64,000 nucleotides of DNA from Eledone cirrhosa (GCA_964016885.1 OZ024749.1:47616001-47680000); one strand, 5' to 3'; counted from the stretch's first letter, positions 12,660 through 27,318 are shown. Numbers and translations are program-made. Notes: generated by a model not told the origin, from the sequence alone.

Positions 12660-13917
12660 TTTATATGTGTGTGTGTGGATATATGTGTGTGTATTTAGGG
12701 TGGGATATAATTAAGTCGACGTAATGCAAAGAGTGTTTAATACTGTCTATGTATTAAAAACTCTATTACTTCTGTTTCAACGTCAAACGTTACGAAGCAG
12801 GTGATATTAAAGTGAATGATCATACCAAAGAATACATATCTTTACATAAATTAATACTCAGTCTCTTAATTAACTTGAAATATATCTTAAATATGCAACT
12901 CTTCTGAAACAATTACGAATATATATTTCATAATAATTGCATATATTCTGCGTAAAATTTTGATAATAGTTCCACATGACATTTTTATAAAAGGTTATTA
13001 TTTTAATAATATTAATTATCTTATGATAAATTTGTATTTTAAAAGAAATATATTCTCTCATTTCCTGAAATCACTTACACTATTTTCCTCTCAGTTACAG
13101 ATATGCTAAATTTTGGAACGAGTAAACCTTAAATTATTTGACAGTTTAATCCCTTTTAAATCACATTTGATACATAACTACATGCTTAAACACGGACATT
13201 GAAACAATGGATATCCTTTGGAGATTTGTTCAGACAACCCGAACGCATTGCAACATTAGATTGTGCCAAAGTTGCTGTGTTTAGGCACTAATGTTTTTGG
13301 AGAGAAACTTATGGTATACCACAAATTCTAAGCTTATGGAAGTCTTGAAATGTCGAATCTCAGTTGCAGCAGAATGTGCATATTACTATTTAGATACATA
13401 TCGGAAACATAAGATTGAGAGCGAGAGATTAGTAATATGCATGCCTGATTTAATGCGACATATTTGTTTTAGAGGAAATAAGAGATTGAAGAAGTATCTG
13501 GAGAAAACACTTTCAGTTTGACTCTTAATCTTCTTGTTAGTATTTCTTTTTCGTATACGTCTTTCTTTTTATATTTTTTTCTTACTTATTCTTCACCCAC
13601 CTCTTCCTGTGAGAGTGATCGGGGTAGAGTTCACAAACACTCGGACCATTGATTCTTCTCAGTATCCGACTATTCCTGCTGGATACATAACTATGTTAAC
13701 GTTTTCAAACATGACACTAGAAATAGAAGATGAATCTCAGATATACTAATATGCGTGAATCTTACATGTTCATTTACTATACACATATTAGATATATCTG
13801 AAATTAGCCTCTGGTGTTTAGTGTCACTTTTTATACTCATTTTCTATTCTGTAGGAAATGTTATATGTGTCGTTAGAACCACTGTATGTTGAACTAATGT
13901 ATGATTTGCATTATATT

Positions 13918-14227
13918 AATGCATTTCATCCTTACGGGGTCGATAAAATAAAGTACCAGTAATGCACTGGGTAATTTTTGGCCTTGTGCCAAAAGTAGAA
14001 ACAATTATTTCCATAAACATTGCAGTTCACGCCTGGAATTAAATATATTGGCAGTATCGATGGAGCATCATACATCATGCGTTGCAGCATAGAGTTACGG
14101 CCCTTTATGATCTGAGTTCAAATCCCGCCGAGTTTAACTTTGCCTTTCATCATTACGGGCTCGATAAAATGAAGTGCCAGTAATCCACTGGCATAATTGC
14201 TGGCCTTGTGCCAAAAGTAGAAACAAT
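13918..14227 (+). mobile_element. Two SINE copies (13918-14009 is a 3' part; 14048-14227)
   Basis: Match the main SINE consensus. Confidence 0.88.
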
Positions 14228-15036
14228 ATGTTACTACGTATGTGCAGCAATGAGTAATTCTAATTCAGTCATTATGTTAATGTATATAAGCAAACCGTTG
14301 ATGTAAAACAATAATTAGAACTATTTCAAAAATTATTGATTACTCATATGTAAGTAATCTGTGAATCAATCTTCGACCTAGGATAGTATTATGTGCAGAG
14401 GTCAGATGCATACGGTATGTTGATATAAGGAATTATCTAAATGCTTTCTTGTTACTCTAAAATTGGAAGTCATATTTTACCCCAAAGATCAAAGACTGGT
14501 ATATGTATGCACAATAAAACAATATTTTGTTATATTAAATAGTTGTTAGAATAATAAAAAAATCATGGGTGAAATGCTTATATCATAGGTGCACACTATT
14601 ATTGTTATACCGATATTATATAAGAGTAAACATTTTCGGTTACCGTTAGAGTTCTACACAAGTAAATGGTATTAGTTTGATAGCTATTATCTCTGTATAG
14701 TCTGTAACATATAAATATAAGGGACATTTGACAATCGTGCAGATTCCAATATGCAACATATGATCACACACATAGATTATCTTTTCTTACCTAACAATTT
14801 GCTTTCCATGAAGCCAATTTCCCCCTGGTAGCATAAGCTGGAATTATTCCAATTTTAAGAATCCTTTCTTCAAAAAAATGTTAGAGTCAATAATAAATTA
14901 TAATGCTGTATCTAGAGCTTTGATGTGTTTAACAGTGTCGGCTATAAAAGAATCAACTCTGCTTGACAATAATTAACACTCTTATGGGAAGTATAGCCAT
15001 TGTATACCACATTATTATTAGTGTTATTATTGTAAA

Positions 15037-15420
15037 GGGCGGTGCATTGGCAGTATCGGTAGAGAGTCTGATGTCTGACAAAGAGATATGGCCCTTTATG
15101 ATCTGATTTCAAATCCCACCGAAGTTAACTTTGCCTTTCATTCTTACGGGGTGGATAGAATAAAGTACCATTAATAGCTGGCAATGTGCCAACACGAGAA
15201 AAATGACTATTATTATGATTATTAGTATTTAAGGGCGGTGGATTGGCAGTATCGGTAGAAGGTCGGACGCCATGCTTTGCAGCATAGTTACGTCCATTTA
15301 CGATCTGAGTTCAAATCCCGCCAAGGTTAACTTTGCCTTTCATCCTTACGGGGTCGATAAAATAAAGTACCAGTAATGCACTGGGTAATTGCTGGCCTTG
15401 TGCCTAAAATAGAAACAATT
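15037..15420 (+). mobile_element. Two tandem SINE copies (15037-15203 diverged; 15233-15420 full length)
   Basis: Begin ggcggtg.attggcagtatcgg, contain a B-box-like motif and end in (ATT)n. Confidence 0.9.
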
Positions 15421-15444
15421 ATTATTATTATTATTATTATTATT

Positions 15445-16450
15445 ACAGTTGCATTTATCTTGCTTTATGTTCATACGAGTTATCACCAAGTCACAACCAG
15501 TGACCTCAAGAGACAACAAGGTCCGCCATGTTCAAGAAAGAACATACATACTCACACATGCATCTTTCGTGTTTAGACTTGTGATGTACTTATATTGACA
15601 GAATCTTCCTTAGCATATGGGCAGTTCCCATCAGTACTATCTTTTGTATTTCTCCTATACGCGGGTTTCCTGGGATTTGCGATAAGTAATCATTAGACAC
15701 CTTAGGTATGATTCCCAGAGCACCGACAACCACTGGTATTGTTTTAGTTCTCAATTTCCACATTTTTCTAATTTGTATCTCCAGGTCCTTATACTTGCTC
15801 AATGTTTCAAATGTTTGTATAGATACATTCTTGTCTATTGGAACGGACATATCAATTAGCAGGCATACCCTCTTTTTAAAGTCCTTCAGGATTATATCAG
15901 GTCTATTTGCATCTATTTTTCGGACTGTCTGGATGCTAAAGTTCCACAAGATTCAGATGTGATATTTTTTCCAGTGTGGGAGGTGGTTGATGCTCCCACC
16001 AATTCTTTTGATGGGACCGGTCAAAATGCTTACACATTATCCAATGTATGTATTGTGCAGCTCTATCATGCCTGGTTGGAGCTATAGGACTGCACATTGA
16101 GATTATATGATCGATGGTCTCTGGTTGTTTTTTTACATACACGGCATAATGGGTTGCATCCATTTTTTATTATGTTGGCTGGGTAATTTTTTGTTGGCAG
16201 ACACTGATCTTGTCCTGATATAATTAGTCCTTCAGTCTCCGATTTCAGTCCAGAGGATGCCAACCACTGATGGGTTAAAGTTTTGTCAACATAAAGATTG
16301 TTAGCTGTTTATGGGTATTTTACATACATAGGCTTTTCTTGCCATTTCTTAGCCAGTTTCTGTAGCAGTTCTTTCTTTGCAGTTACTTTTACCTGCTTTC
16401 CTTTTTCTGTGTTTTCCATTTCAGCAGTAAATGTGACTTCTGAAATGTGT
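15445..16450 (-). mobile_element. 5'-truncated R4/Dong-like non-LTR retrotransposon, family A (CCHC finger plus restriction-like endonuclease)
   Basis: ETEGLIISGQDQ, CRVCKK..ETIDHIISMC, NRPDIILKD..LIDMSVP..KY.DL, PVVVGALG, GTAHMLRKIL; frameshifted; (TAA)n at both ends. Confidence 0.9.
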
Positions 16451-16469
16451 ATTATTATTATTATTATTG

Positions 16470-16940
16470 TCATTGATGTTATTTAACTGGAAAGTTTGTT
16501 GAAATGAATATCAAGCCACTACCTGCAGCCTCAGATATTCAGGACGTAACGGAGGGTTCTTGCTGTTCCCAGCAAGCTGTTCCAAAAAGCGTGAAGGAGC
16601 CAATTTTCTTTAACGATCCCTGCAAACTTTTTGAGATAGTACCTAGTGCGCCTATGACAATCGGGACCACTTTGACTTCATGGCAGTTCCAAATCCTTTT
16701 TACCTCCCACTTTACGTCCTGGTATCGGTTAATTTTCTCACTCTCCTCCTCTTGCACTCTCGTGTCGAATGGGCAGGCCACATCCACAATCAGGCACGAT
16801 CTTTTTTCTTTGTCCACAACCACCAGGTCAGGTCTATTGTGTTCCAGTTTCTTGTTCGTCTGTATCCTAATATCCCACAGGACCTTCACCTGATCGTTTT
16901 CTATCACCGACTCTGGCTTATGTTCATACCACTTCTCATA
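16470..16940 (-). mobile_element. 5'-truncated R4/Dong-like element, family B (endonuclease part)
   Basis: VLWDIRIQTNKKLEHNRPDLVVVDK...IVDVACPFD...PIVIGALG; collinear with 38200-38650. Confidence 0.9.
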
Positions 16941-16949
16941 TTATTATTG

Positions 16950-17240
16950 CTCTTTGAGTCTCAATCACTGATGTTATTTAACTGTCGGACGCCATGTTAT
17001 TTAAAATGTCGGACGCCATGCTTTCCAGCATAGTTACTTCCCTTTACGATCTGAGTTCAAATACCGCCGAGGTTGACTTTGCATTTCATCCTTAGGGGGT
17101 CGATAAAATAAAGTACCAGTAATGCACTGGATAATCGTGGCCTTGTGCCTAAAGTAGAAACATTTATTTAACTGGAAAGTTTGTTGAAATGAATATCAAG
17201 CCACTACCTGCAGCCTCAGATATTCAGGACGTATCGGAGT
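16950..17240. mobile_element. Family B LINE 3' stub (minus) interrupted by a SINE (16985-17163, plus) with an 11-bp target-site duplication
   Basis: ttatttaactg at 16974-16984 and 17164-17174; the flanks rejoin into the family B 3' end. Confidence 0.85.
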
Positions 17241-17309
17241 GTTATTGTTGTGTATTGTGTGTATAGGTCTTATATACACACACACACACACAGACACACA
17301 CACACACAC

Positions 17310-17383
<74 letters not shown>

Positions 17384-18089
17384 CTCCGTATAAGACAAGA
17401 GCTGAAAAATATATTTTAACATGTTAAAATATCTCCCACTCACTTACAGACACATTCCTACTGACCATCCCTCTACCACGAATTACTCTGCTATACACAC
17501 ACACACACATACATACACACACACACCCACACACACACACTCACACTTGTCTTAATAGGCATTTGAACTGTCAACAGGCTGCGGTTCGCACACACATCGC
17601 TGCTAACCATTATCACAACAACGAACACTTTACTACTAATACTACACACACACACACACACACATATATTTGTTGTGAAAGAGTCATTTCTCAGACTTGG
17701 CGCAAAATCAATTTTTTACATTCACATGATCTCTACCGACCAATCAAAATTGTTTTGACCACAAGAATTTTTGCAACACGAATTGGCGCAAAAAACAATT
17801 TTAATAGCGCTGGAGCCACTTTTTTAACATAAAAACAGGTAGAATTCCCAAAACTAATCAGATCAGAGCAAACATCACGGACGCTCTATCTCAAAATTAT
17901 TTTTGAAAAGCATTTAGAAATGCGCAACCGGTAAAACTTAAAACTAAAACTGAATACTAACCAATACAATTACTAATTCTCATTTATTCCTAATTAAACA
18001 ATTTTTCACTGTGAACAATTTGTCAGCATTTTCTATTCCGTTTACCAATATATAATAACTTGTGTGTTACACCACTATTCTTTTAACTA

Positions 18090-18151
<62 letters not shown>

Positions 18152-19118
18152 AGAGGTGGTATATATTGCACTATTTGCCCTCGAGTGAAAATTATTCATT
18201 TCTGCATGTGCGTACGTGTGTGTTTACGTAGGGGTGTGGGAGCGCATGTTTTTCCTATACAAACAGTTATGTATCTCCCAGGGAATGTTCACAAGTGTCT
18301 TTCATTCAAACATTCATTTCTTTTCGAGACGAGAGTGTGAATGATATATATATTAATATAATAATGATAGGTCAAATTATTCAGTAAACTACAAGACAAT
18401 TCCTATTGAGAGATACGCTTGTATAATTTGTTTAGTCTGAATATGAAACAATTGCCAGCTTCTCATTTTACAAGTTAAGGTCATGAATAACCTTGCACGA
18501 TTTAAGTTCACTTGCCTATAAGACATTTCCATAAAGAATTCTCAATTCTTTTGTTTGAACCATAAATATATGGCCTTTGAATAGCAACGATTCTCTTCTG
18601 TACAAATTTGACTTGTGACGATTTTTCCCTGATATATGACCGTATTTAGTTTCTCTGTTATTTCATTGTTCTTATTTCCTATATTTATACTCTCTTTATA
18701 TATATTTCTGTATCTTCATTCATTCATTTTCAATCTCCTTTGTGTGTAAGTAGATTCCCAGCAAACATAAATACCTCTGACTTTTTCGTATTCAACATAT
18801 ACATATATATAGCTGATATAATCATATGTTCTTCATTTTATAATTCTATGAATTACTTTTATCGATATTCAGATATATTATTTTGATCATTAATATTTGG
18901 TTAATCTTTTGTTGTCATTTGTTCCATTATAATCTCTATATTATTTCTAAAAATTGCTTTATATATTGTCAACAGCTGGCTTCATTTATTGATATTTATT
19001 GATACTTCAAATAATAAACATCAGTCTCATATATGCAAACAAACACAAACGCTCTCTCTCACACACACAGATACATACACACCTACACACAGACATACAG
19101 AACAGTACACACACACTT

Positions 19119-19158
<40 letters not shown>

Positions 19159-19192
19159 TGTTATTTGAGTTTAACGTATATATATATATATA

Positions 19193-19385
19193 TATTGTTA
19201 TACTTTGGGAGGGTCATGTTGCCAATAAGAAACACACGCACCAGGCTTTCACTTCAATTTAATTTATTATATATTTACAAATTTACAAATTTATAAATTT
19301 ATAAATCTATAAATTCATAAATTTCTGGTTGGTCGGTTTCAACACACGATTTCAGATAAAGAATCTTGCTAAACAAATTCAGAAA

Positions 19386-19389
<4 letters not shown>
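19193..19389. mobile_element. Family B fold-back derivative: tail-less inverted arm joined directly to the tail
   Basis: 19193-19335 matches about 11389-11510; 19336-19389 is the reverse complement of 11333-11385. Confidence 0.8.
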
Positions 19390-19419
<30 letters not shown>

Positions 19420-19458
19420 GATATTAACAAATGGAAACTATATTTATAAAACCATATC

Positions 19459-19523
19459 TATTTTATTATACATATTTCAAGGATACCATGTTAAATTATG
19501 GTATGCTTTCATCAGACAAAATA
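19459..19523 (-). ncRNA. Hammerhead, family A' (core CUGAUGA)
   Basis: Reverse complement: tattttgt CTGATGA aag c ataccat..atggtat c ctt GAAA tatgta TA ataaaata. Confidence 0.8.
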
Positions 19524-19692
19524 CAATATATACCAGTTTTATAATTAAATGTTAACATACCCTTTCAAAATGCAACCGTTACTTTTGGAAGACATCAGGA
19601 TATTGGATTTGTTTATCTTAATAAGTCATTGTGTAACACAATGACTTTTGAAAGGGTATATTAAAATGTATTTATAAAACTGGTATATATTG

Positions 19693-19757
19693 TATTTTGT
19701 CTGATGAAATCATACCATACTTTAACATGGTATCCTTGAAATATGTATAATAAAATA
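19693..19757 (+). ncRNA. Hammerhead, family A' (core CUGAUGA)
   Basis: tattttgt CTGATGA aat c ataccat..atggtat c ctt GAAA tatgta TA ataaaata. Confidence 0.78.
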
Positions 19758-19887
19758 GATATGGTTTTATAAATATACTTTCCATTTGATAATATCGTAT
19801 ATTTACTCCAATTACTTGTCGAGTGCTTTATATCAGTTATAAAAGTGTTTGCTTGTTGTATCCCAACAATTTAAATAGAACTTTTGC

Positions 19888-19996
<109 letters not shown>

Positions 19997-20142
19997 ATAT
20001 ATATTTAATATATATATATTAAATTACTTTTACTCTGCTATGTATTGAGTACCTTACCTACTGTGGTTATCCGCGATTAAACCCGGGATCTACTTATATA
20101 TATATATATATATATATATTACATATATATATATATATATAT

Positions 20143-20270
20143 ATTATCAGCTATTCCAACAAATCATATATTGTCAATGTAGTAAATATATGATTGTAAT
20201 ATATATATATATATTACAATCATATATTTACTACATTGACAATACATGATTTGTTGGAATCGCTGATAAT
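20143..20270. repeat. Palindrome with about 57-bp arms centred on (TA)n
   Basis: ttatcagctattccaacaaatcat...tgattgtaa (TA)n ttacaatca...atgatttgttggaatcgctgataa. Confidence 0.9.
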
Positions 20271-20558
20271 ATTTACAATATATATATTAATGTCTGTGTT
20301 ATGAAATATTATGTTCTGATCTATATGCTCGATGTCATTTTTATTGCATACTAGATTGAATTTGTAAGATAGTGTTTTGTTTCAGTTATTAAGCAAATAA
20401 AATAACCACCTTCCGCTCTAATCATTATGCTGTACATCCAGCACTGCTCATCTTTTGTTCTATTCCAAAGTATATATCATGTCCCATTTATTCCTATTGA
20501 ACTTATTACCTGAGTTGCTCCAATTATTTTAACCCACATTAACAGCATGTAGACTCGA

Positions 20559-20610
<52 letters not shown>

Positions 20611-20789
20611 CGTTGTAATTTGCAATGCACGTATGCTTGACATTGTTATTCTTAAAGATTAATGTCACTTTAAATAATTCTTTGATATGAACGAGAATAC
20701 TGCACTGCTAATTGTGAATGCTTTTATCATTGATAGTCTTATGGAATGTCACGAAGAAAATGAGGAACGGATAAAAGATAGGGAAGATA

Positions 20790-21210
20790 TTGATAGTGAC
20801 TGTGTTTGTTGTGGTAGCAGTGATGATGATTATGGTGGTGATGTGGATGAGGAGGATCACGAAGTTGGTGTTAGTGGTGGTCGTGACAAGGATGACGAAG
20901 ATGGTTGAAATGCTGATGATGATCATTATCATAACGAACTGTACAAAGTTGCTGCTAGTGGTTATGATAATGATGAGCACGAAGGAGCTGGTGGTGACGA
21001 TGATGAAGATGATGATGATGAAGAAAAGTGTACGAACGTGTGAATGGTGGTGGTGATGATGATGAGAACGAAGAACGTGGTGGTAATGATGAGGAGGAGG
21101 AGGACAGTGATGGTGGTGGAGAGGGCGCTGATGTTGATGACGATGGGGAGGAGGAGAAGGATGTGGATGGTGAAGATCAGGGTTAGAGCGGAAGAGGAAA
21201 CGAAGGTGAA
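20790..21210. repeat. Degenerate (GAT/GGT/GAG)n low-complexity tract
   Basis: Trinucleotide-like composition; the acidic reading frame is interrupted by a stop at 20906. Confidence 0.7.
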
Positions 21211-21811
21211 GTATAACAATAAAATAACTCGAAGAAGGATATTATAATATACTTGTGTAAAAATCATAGTTAATTTTAAATGTAGTAACATACAAGTATT
21301 CATATGAAGGGGAATAACGAAAGTATGTATATGAATTTGAAGTTATCTAGAGAATCAGGAAAACAAAACCAGTAGCTTTGTTTTGGAGGTAGACAAAGAA
21401 ATACATATTCAAAAGAAATGGACAAATACTGAAATAATTGTTCATTTTAAATGTCTACTAAATATCTTAAAGTTTTATATTCTTACGCACTATTTCCTTT
21501 GTTTCGAATATAGTAAGTGATTTTCTTACACTGTTCAAAGTATTCCTTTCATTCTGATTTAAATTCGGTGTATGGTAATGGGATTAAATACGAGGAATTC
21601 AATCGAGATACACATGTGCATTCTTACGTTCCCATGAAACATATGTTTGTATATATTCAACAACCATAATTTCTGGCGTATATACACCTAATACGTACAA
21701 TCATTGTATACATGAAAGAATTGTAAATAAAAAAAACATGAAAGTTTATGTGTATATATACATATATATATACACACTCACAAAGAGGCAGACATACTCA
21801 CCTCTCTGTCT

Positions 21812-21956
<145 letters not shown>

Positions 21957-22350
21957 GAGAGAGTGACAGAGAGGGAAGTGCATGTGATTCAACGTGAGTG
22001 TACGTGCATAAATATGTGTGTATATACAGATAGATTCACACACAAATGTCTACTTGTACGGTCACATATACTAACATACACGCATATATATATATATATA
22101 TATGGTTATTTTGTTAATTCGTATATTATGTACGGTATACTGAATCTTATACAGTGATTTATCTCGGTGAATTCATCACAAACCTCTCTTTGTCTTAACA
22201 AAAGATCCTGAATCAATCACACGTAAATTTGAATGGTAGGATGTGTAACTTAACTAACACGTTTCTGCATTTATGACATTCCATAATGACGATACATACA
22301 TGAACACACCACGCAAACACATACACCGGGTTGTAGTCTTGTAGAAGCCA

Positions 22351-22427
<77 letters not shown>

Positions 22428-22429
22428 AA

Positions 22430-22460
<31 letters not shown>

Positions 22461-22702
22461 TATGTGTGTGTGTGTGTGCTTGTTTATATTCAACATATAC
22501 ATTTTTAGGCTATTAAGTACATTTATAGTTACACTTTTCACTCTCCCCCTCTCTCCCTCCCTCTATTTATGTAGAGAGAGAGAGTGATTGACAGAGATAT
22601 ATATAAATATACAACTTATGAATAATATTATAGAATTGCACTTAATACCCTACTGACATATATGTTGAATGTAAACAGAGAGAGTCGTGCGTACGTGTTG
22701 AA

Positions 22703-22751
<49 letters not shown>

Positions 22752-22758
22752 AAATATA

Positions 22759-22798
<40 letters not shown>

Positions 22799-22807
<9 letters not shown>

Positions 22808-22871
22808 TATATTTATATATACACCATATATATATATATACACCTTTGCGTGTGGCCATATGTATATATAT

Positions 22872-22921
<50 letters not shown>

Positions 22922-23001
22922 TATATTTATATATACACCATATATATATATATACACCTTTGCGTGTGGCCATATGTATATATATATACACACACACACA
23001 T
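22799..23001. repeat. Tandem duplication, period about 114 bp, inside a compound microsatellite
   Basis: cacctttgcgtgtggccatatg occurs at 22841 and 22955 with matching flanks. Confidence 0.85.
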
Positions 23002-23040
23002 ATATATATACATGCTCGTGTGAGTGTATGTGGGTAAATG

Positions 23041-23122
<82 letters not shown>

Positions 23123-23506
23123 GTATGGATATACCATAAGCTATATGTGCCTAGAGATGTAACATCTTGAGTTATTTATATTTCAAAAGCTGATTTTTCC
23201 AGTCCGGTTATTCATGCCTCGTTGTTAGAATTGTTTTTATATAAGTCTATAGCGTCGCATCACTTTTTAGTGCCTTATACAAACGCACTCGTTTATCAAT
23301 AAATATATACGCACGACTGTCAGCTTCACATTCACACTCTCCTGACGAGTTATTTGTGAAATGGAACATCAATTGCTATGCATATATGTATGCACTTAGG
23401 TAAAACGTATATACTTATAAGCACGCACACACACACACACACACACACTACATAGATACAGTCAACATACGCTCGCACACAGACACACACACACACACAC
23501 ACATAG

Positions 23507-23646
<140 letters not shown>

Positions 23647-23945
23647 AGGGTGTGTGTGTAAGAGAGAGTAATAACATGCGCAAGCAGGGTTTTGTGAGCT
23701 TGCTGTATATGTCAGTCGCTTTCGGGCTGCCAACAATCATTTGATATTTATGAATGCCGTGTTAACAGGAGATAAGATATATTGCGTCTTAATGAGTAAA
23801 TGAGTTATAACAGCGAAATCACGCCCGGTCGTTCCAAAGTTTCAAAACGTTCGTCAGCTGTGGAGAAAAATAAGGTTAATACTGATCGCTTTCTTGCAAC
23901 AGTTGGAATACTCAGCTAGAAAACTCAGGAATACTCACCAGAAAT

Positions 23946-24083
23946 AATTGTTTCTACTTTTGGCACAAGGCCACCAATTATATCAGTGTATTACTGGTAC
24001 TTTATCTTATCAACCCCGTAAGGACGAAATGCAAAGTTATCCTCGGCGGGATTTTAACTCAGATCGTAAAGGACCGTAACCCC
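23946..24083 (-). mobile_element. SINE (main family), head missing
   Basis: Consensus match from the tail to just beyond the B-box. Confidence 0.85.
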
Positions 24084-24295
24084 ATTTTGAAAAATAATAA
24101 TAATAATAAAAATATCAGGGAATGTGCCGACATGTTAAGAGTGAGGTTCTGAGACAGAGTGTAAATCCGTCGGCTTCGCAAATCAGAAGCTACGTCAGGA
24201 CAACTATCGCTCTCATTCTTTGCAATTGCTACAAAATGCATGTGAACTAAATATATTTCTTTCAGGTGTGTCAAATAATATATAACCTTTATATT

Positions 24296-24420
24296 TCGCG
24301 GCTGAGTGGGTAGAGAATTAGGTTCGCAATTCTGACGTTGTGTGTTCAAAAGCTGGATCGGTGATGCGTTGTCTTTGAGCAAGAGAATTTATTTCACGTT
24401 TCTCCTTTTTCTTGAACTTG
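24296..24420 (+). mobile_element. Second, older tRNA-derived SINE family
   Basis: A-box-like cggctgagtgggta, B-box-like gtgttcaaaagc, then gcgttgtctttgagcaaga.aatttatttcacgtt. Confidence 0.55.
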
Positions 24421-25316
24421 CGACCAGTAGATAATATTAGCAATTGGAAAGATCAATGGAATCATTGTTTCCCCGGTCAGATCTGAGGAAGTATAGGGTA
24501 TTATTCTATGACAGTTTCACGAGCAAGGCATGGAGAAACGTCTGTTATAGTTCGCTAAATGATGTAGAAAAGAGGTGCTATGTCTATTACTTTGTGGGTG
24601 TGAGTATACATTAGGGGGACTTTGTATGTAAATTAGTCATATTTTCACTCAGAAAGTTAATGAATATACACGATTTGCCTTTATTCAATGAAAATATTTT
24701 CATATCTCGTAGGGCATTCATTGCACACTCTTAGCTATAGTATTGTTCGTACATTCACCAGCTCCAAACACACTGCAAGGGACTGCGATAAAATTATAAA
24801 TATGCGATAAAAGCTTGAAATATACATACATATATATATGTGAATATATACCTATATATATACCTATATACATATAGGTGAGTGAGAGAAGGAGAGACGA
24901 GCAATAACGTGATCGAAGGAAACACTGTAATAGAGGTCAAGTAAAAATTGTATAAATTAGCAAAACAACCGTTGCTTTTCAAGGAATTGATCAACATGCA
25001 TGTGTTAGATAAGCTTCCAAGGAAGGAGCTGTTGTATTATTATTTAATTACCCGATATTGAAATTTCTGAAATATTTCACGGCAGCTAAAAAACATTCTA
25101 TAGAAATGCAGTAACATGCCGAAAACTATGTACAATTGTTTGTGAAAATATGTCACTCTCTATATAATATATTCAACATTTTCTTTAGATTTTCAGAGGC
25201 GTATAAATCGGCTTTCTTTGTATTGTGTAAAAATGATATAATACATATAAATACGAAATAAGCTTATCCATAGTAACTCGTATAGGAACACACATACGAA
25301 TAGGCACAAATGCCCC

Positions 25317-25458
<142 letters not shown>

Positions 25459-25848
25459 CTAGATGAAGGAAATTATATGTCTAGTAAAAATCGACTTTCA
25501 ATGTAAATTTAATTAATTGCTTATTTAAGTAAATCCAATATATCTATACGCATCGGAATTACTTTACTTCTGGGTCTTCATTCCTAAGAGACAGAGATTA
25601 GAATAAATGAAATACATAGGTATATCATACAGCTTATGGGAGAACCTGCAAGGCCAATATGTTATCTTTAAAAATACATTACGATCACTAATTTGTGCAA
25701 CAGCATTGTTGTATATCTACAAAATAATTATTGTAATTCAATGAATGTCCAGCAGGATTTTCGCTGATTTAAGAATGCGGATATTTTGAAATACCCAGAA
25801 ACATATATATATATATATATACACGTAAAACGGGTACCTATAAGGTTC

Positions 25849-25955
25849 CCGGACTGGAGTTTCTGCAGCACTAATGCAGCAGTAAGGTGCACTGCACCAT
25901 CTGTGTGCATATATTATGCCACAATGCACAATCGATTATGCGGCTTCATCAGCGG
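25849..25955 (-). ncRNA. Hammerhead with long stem II (family G)
   Basis: Reverse complement: ccg CTGATGA a gccgcataat...attagtgctgc a GAAA ctccag TC cgg; the element lies between (TA)n at about 25803 and 25995. Confidence 0.7.
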
Positions 25956-27109
25956 CTATCGCCTAATCAATAACCAATCGATCGATATAATCCAATATAT
26001 ATATATATATACATGCTATACCCGAACTACTAGGCTCATGTTGGTGCGATATTGTATTAAATATCATACTCATGCTTCCATTTCTATCTATATTCCTATT
26101 GCGTTATCGGTAAGTGAACATACAATATACACAGTTACAGTTTTTTTTTTATATTTGTGTAATTGATGAGAATAAAAGTTGAATATCTGAAATATGAAAT
26201 AAAATGTAATCTGTGATTGCAATACAATTGTAACTAACAACATTCCATGCACTTTGGAATCTAATTAACTTCAAACAAAAATGTAAGCCGTAATAAGGTA
26301 TTTTATAGGCAGAAGGATATTTGCATATGATATTAACCAAATATGTAGGATGGTATGGACCTGTCTTACCACGTGCTGAGGTGCTGAGGGCACGGGATAG
26401 GGACTATTGAATTTGTGCTTCGGACTTCCCCTCGTTGTTATCGAGAACGGAGTCGAAGTTCCAAGTTCGAAGCGATACAGTGACGTTATTGGCATAGGTT
26501 TACACGTTCTATTACATAACAATGCGCTTTAAAGTGCTCTATGCACCTCTTTTTTTACAATAGTGTTATTAGGATCATATACGGATTACGACAAATTAGA
26601 AAAATAATATTTGTTTGTTTCCGTGTGGTGATCCTTCCCTCTGATTCCCGAGGCGCATATAATTTTCGACAGATTGCCTATCGAAATAATTTGATAGGTA
26701 TGCATTCACAGGGCTAAAACTCTGCCAGCTTATTTAGTACTATTTCGGAAAGTTATAATATTGTCCCAAACCTATCTGAGCATCAATGACAAGCCCCACG
26801 CTCGGGGATAATGTATTATCTTATATATTGAAATCTACTCAAATCTGGAAAATTTTGATAGAATAATTATTGTCTTAATATATACAGATATGTATTTATA
26901 TATGTATGTCTCTATATTCATATGTATTTAAAGATTTAGCGTATAGTTATGTTAAACTTTTAATTATATTATCATTTGTTTCTATATCAAAGTCGTATAA
27001 ATTATTCGTCATACCTGTCATTTCATTTAGATAATGTACCGGAATCTCTGAGTTTATAATCTATATGTATATCATACAACTTGTTTATGCCCGATCATAT
27101 AACTTACGG

Positions 27110-27161
27110 ACATATACATATATATATATACATATATATATATATTTATATATATATATAC

Positions 27162-27207
<46 letters not shown>

Positions 27208-27213
27208 ATATAC

Positions 27214-27278
<65 letters not shown>

Positions 27279-27318
27279 TATATATTTATATATATATATA
27301 CACATATATATATATTTA

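Noticed and set aside
20687-21247. Acidic D/E-rich ORF
   Set aside because: It is a degenerate trinucleotide repeat with an in-frame stop and no domain or clear splice signals.
23339-23375. CTGACGA gttatttgt GAAA tggaaca TC
   Set aside because: The core words are present but stems I and II do not pair.
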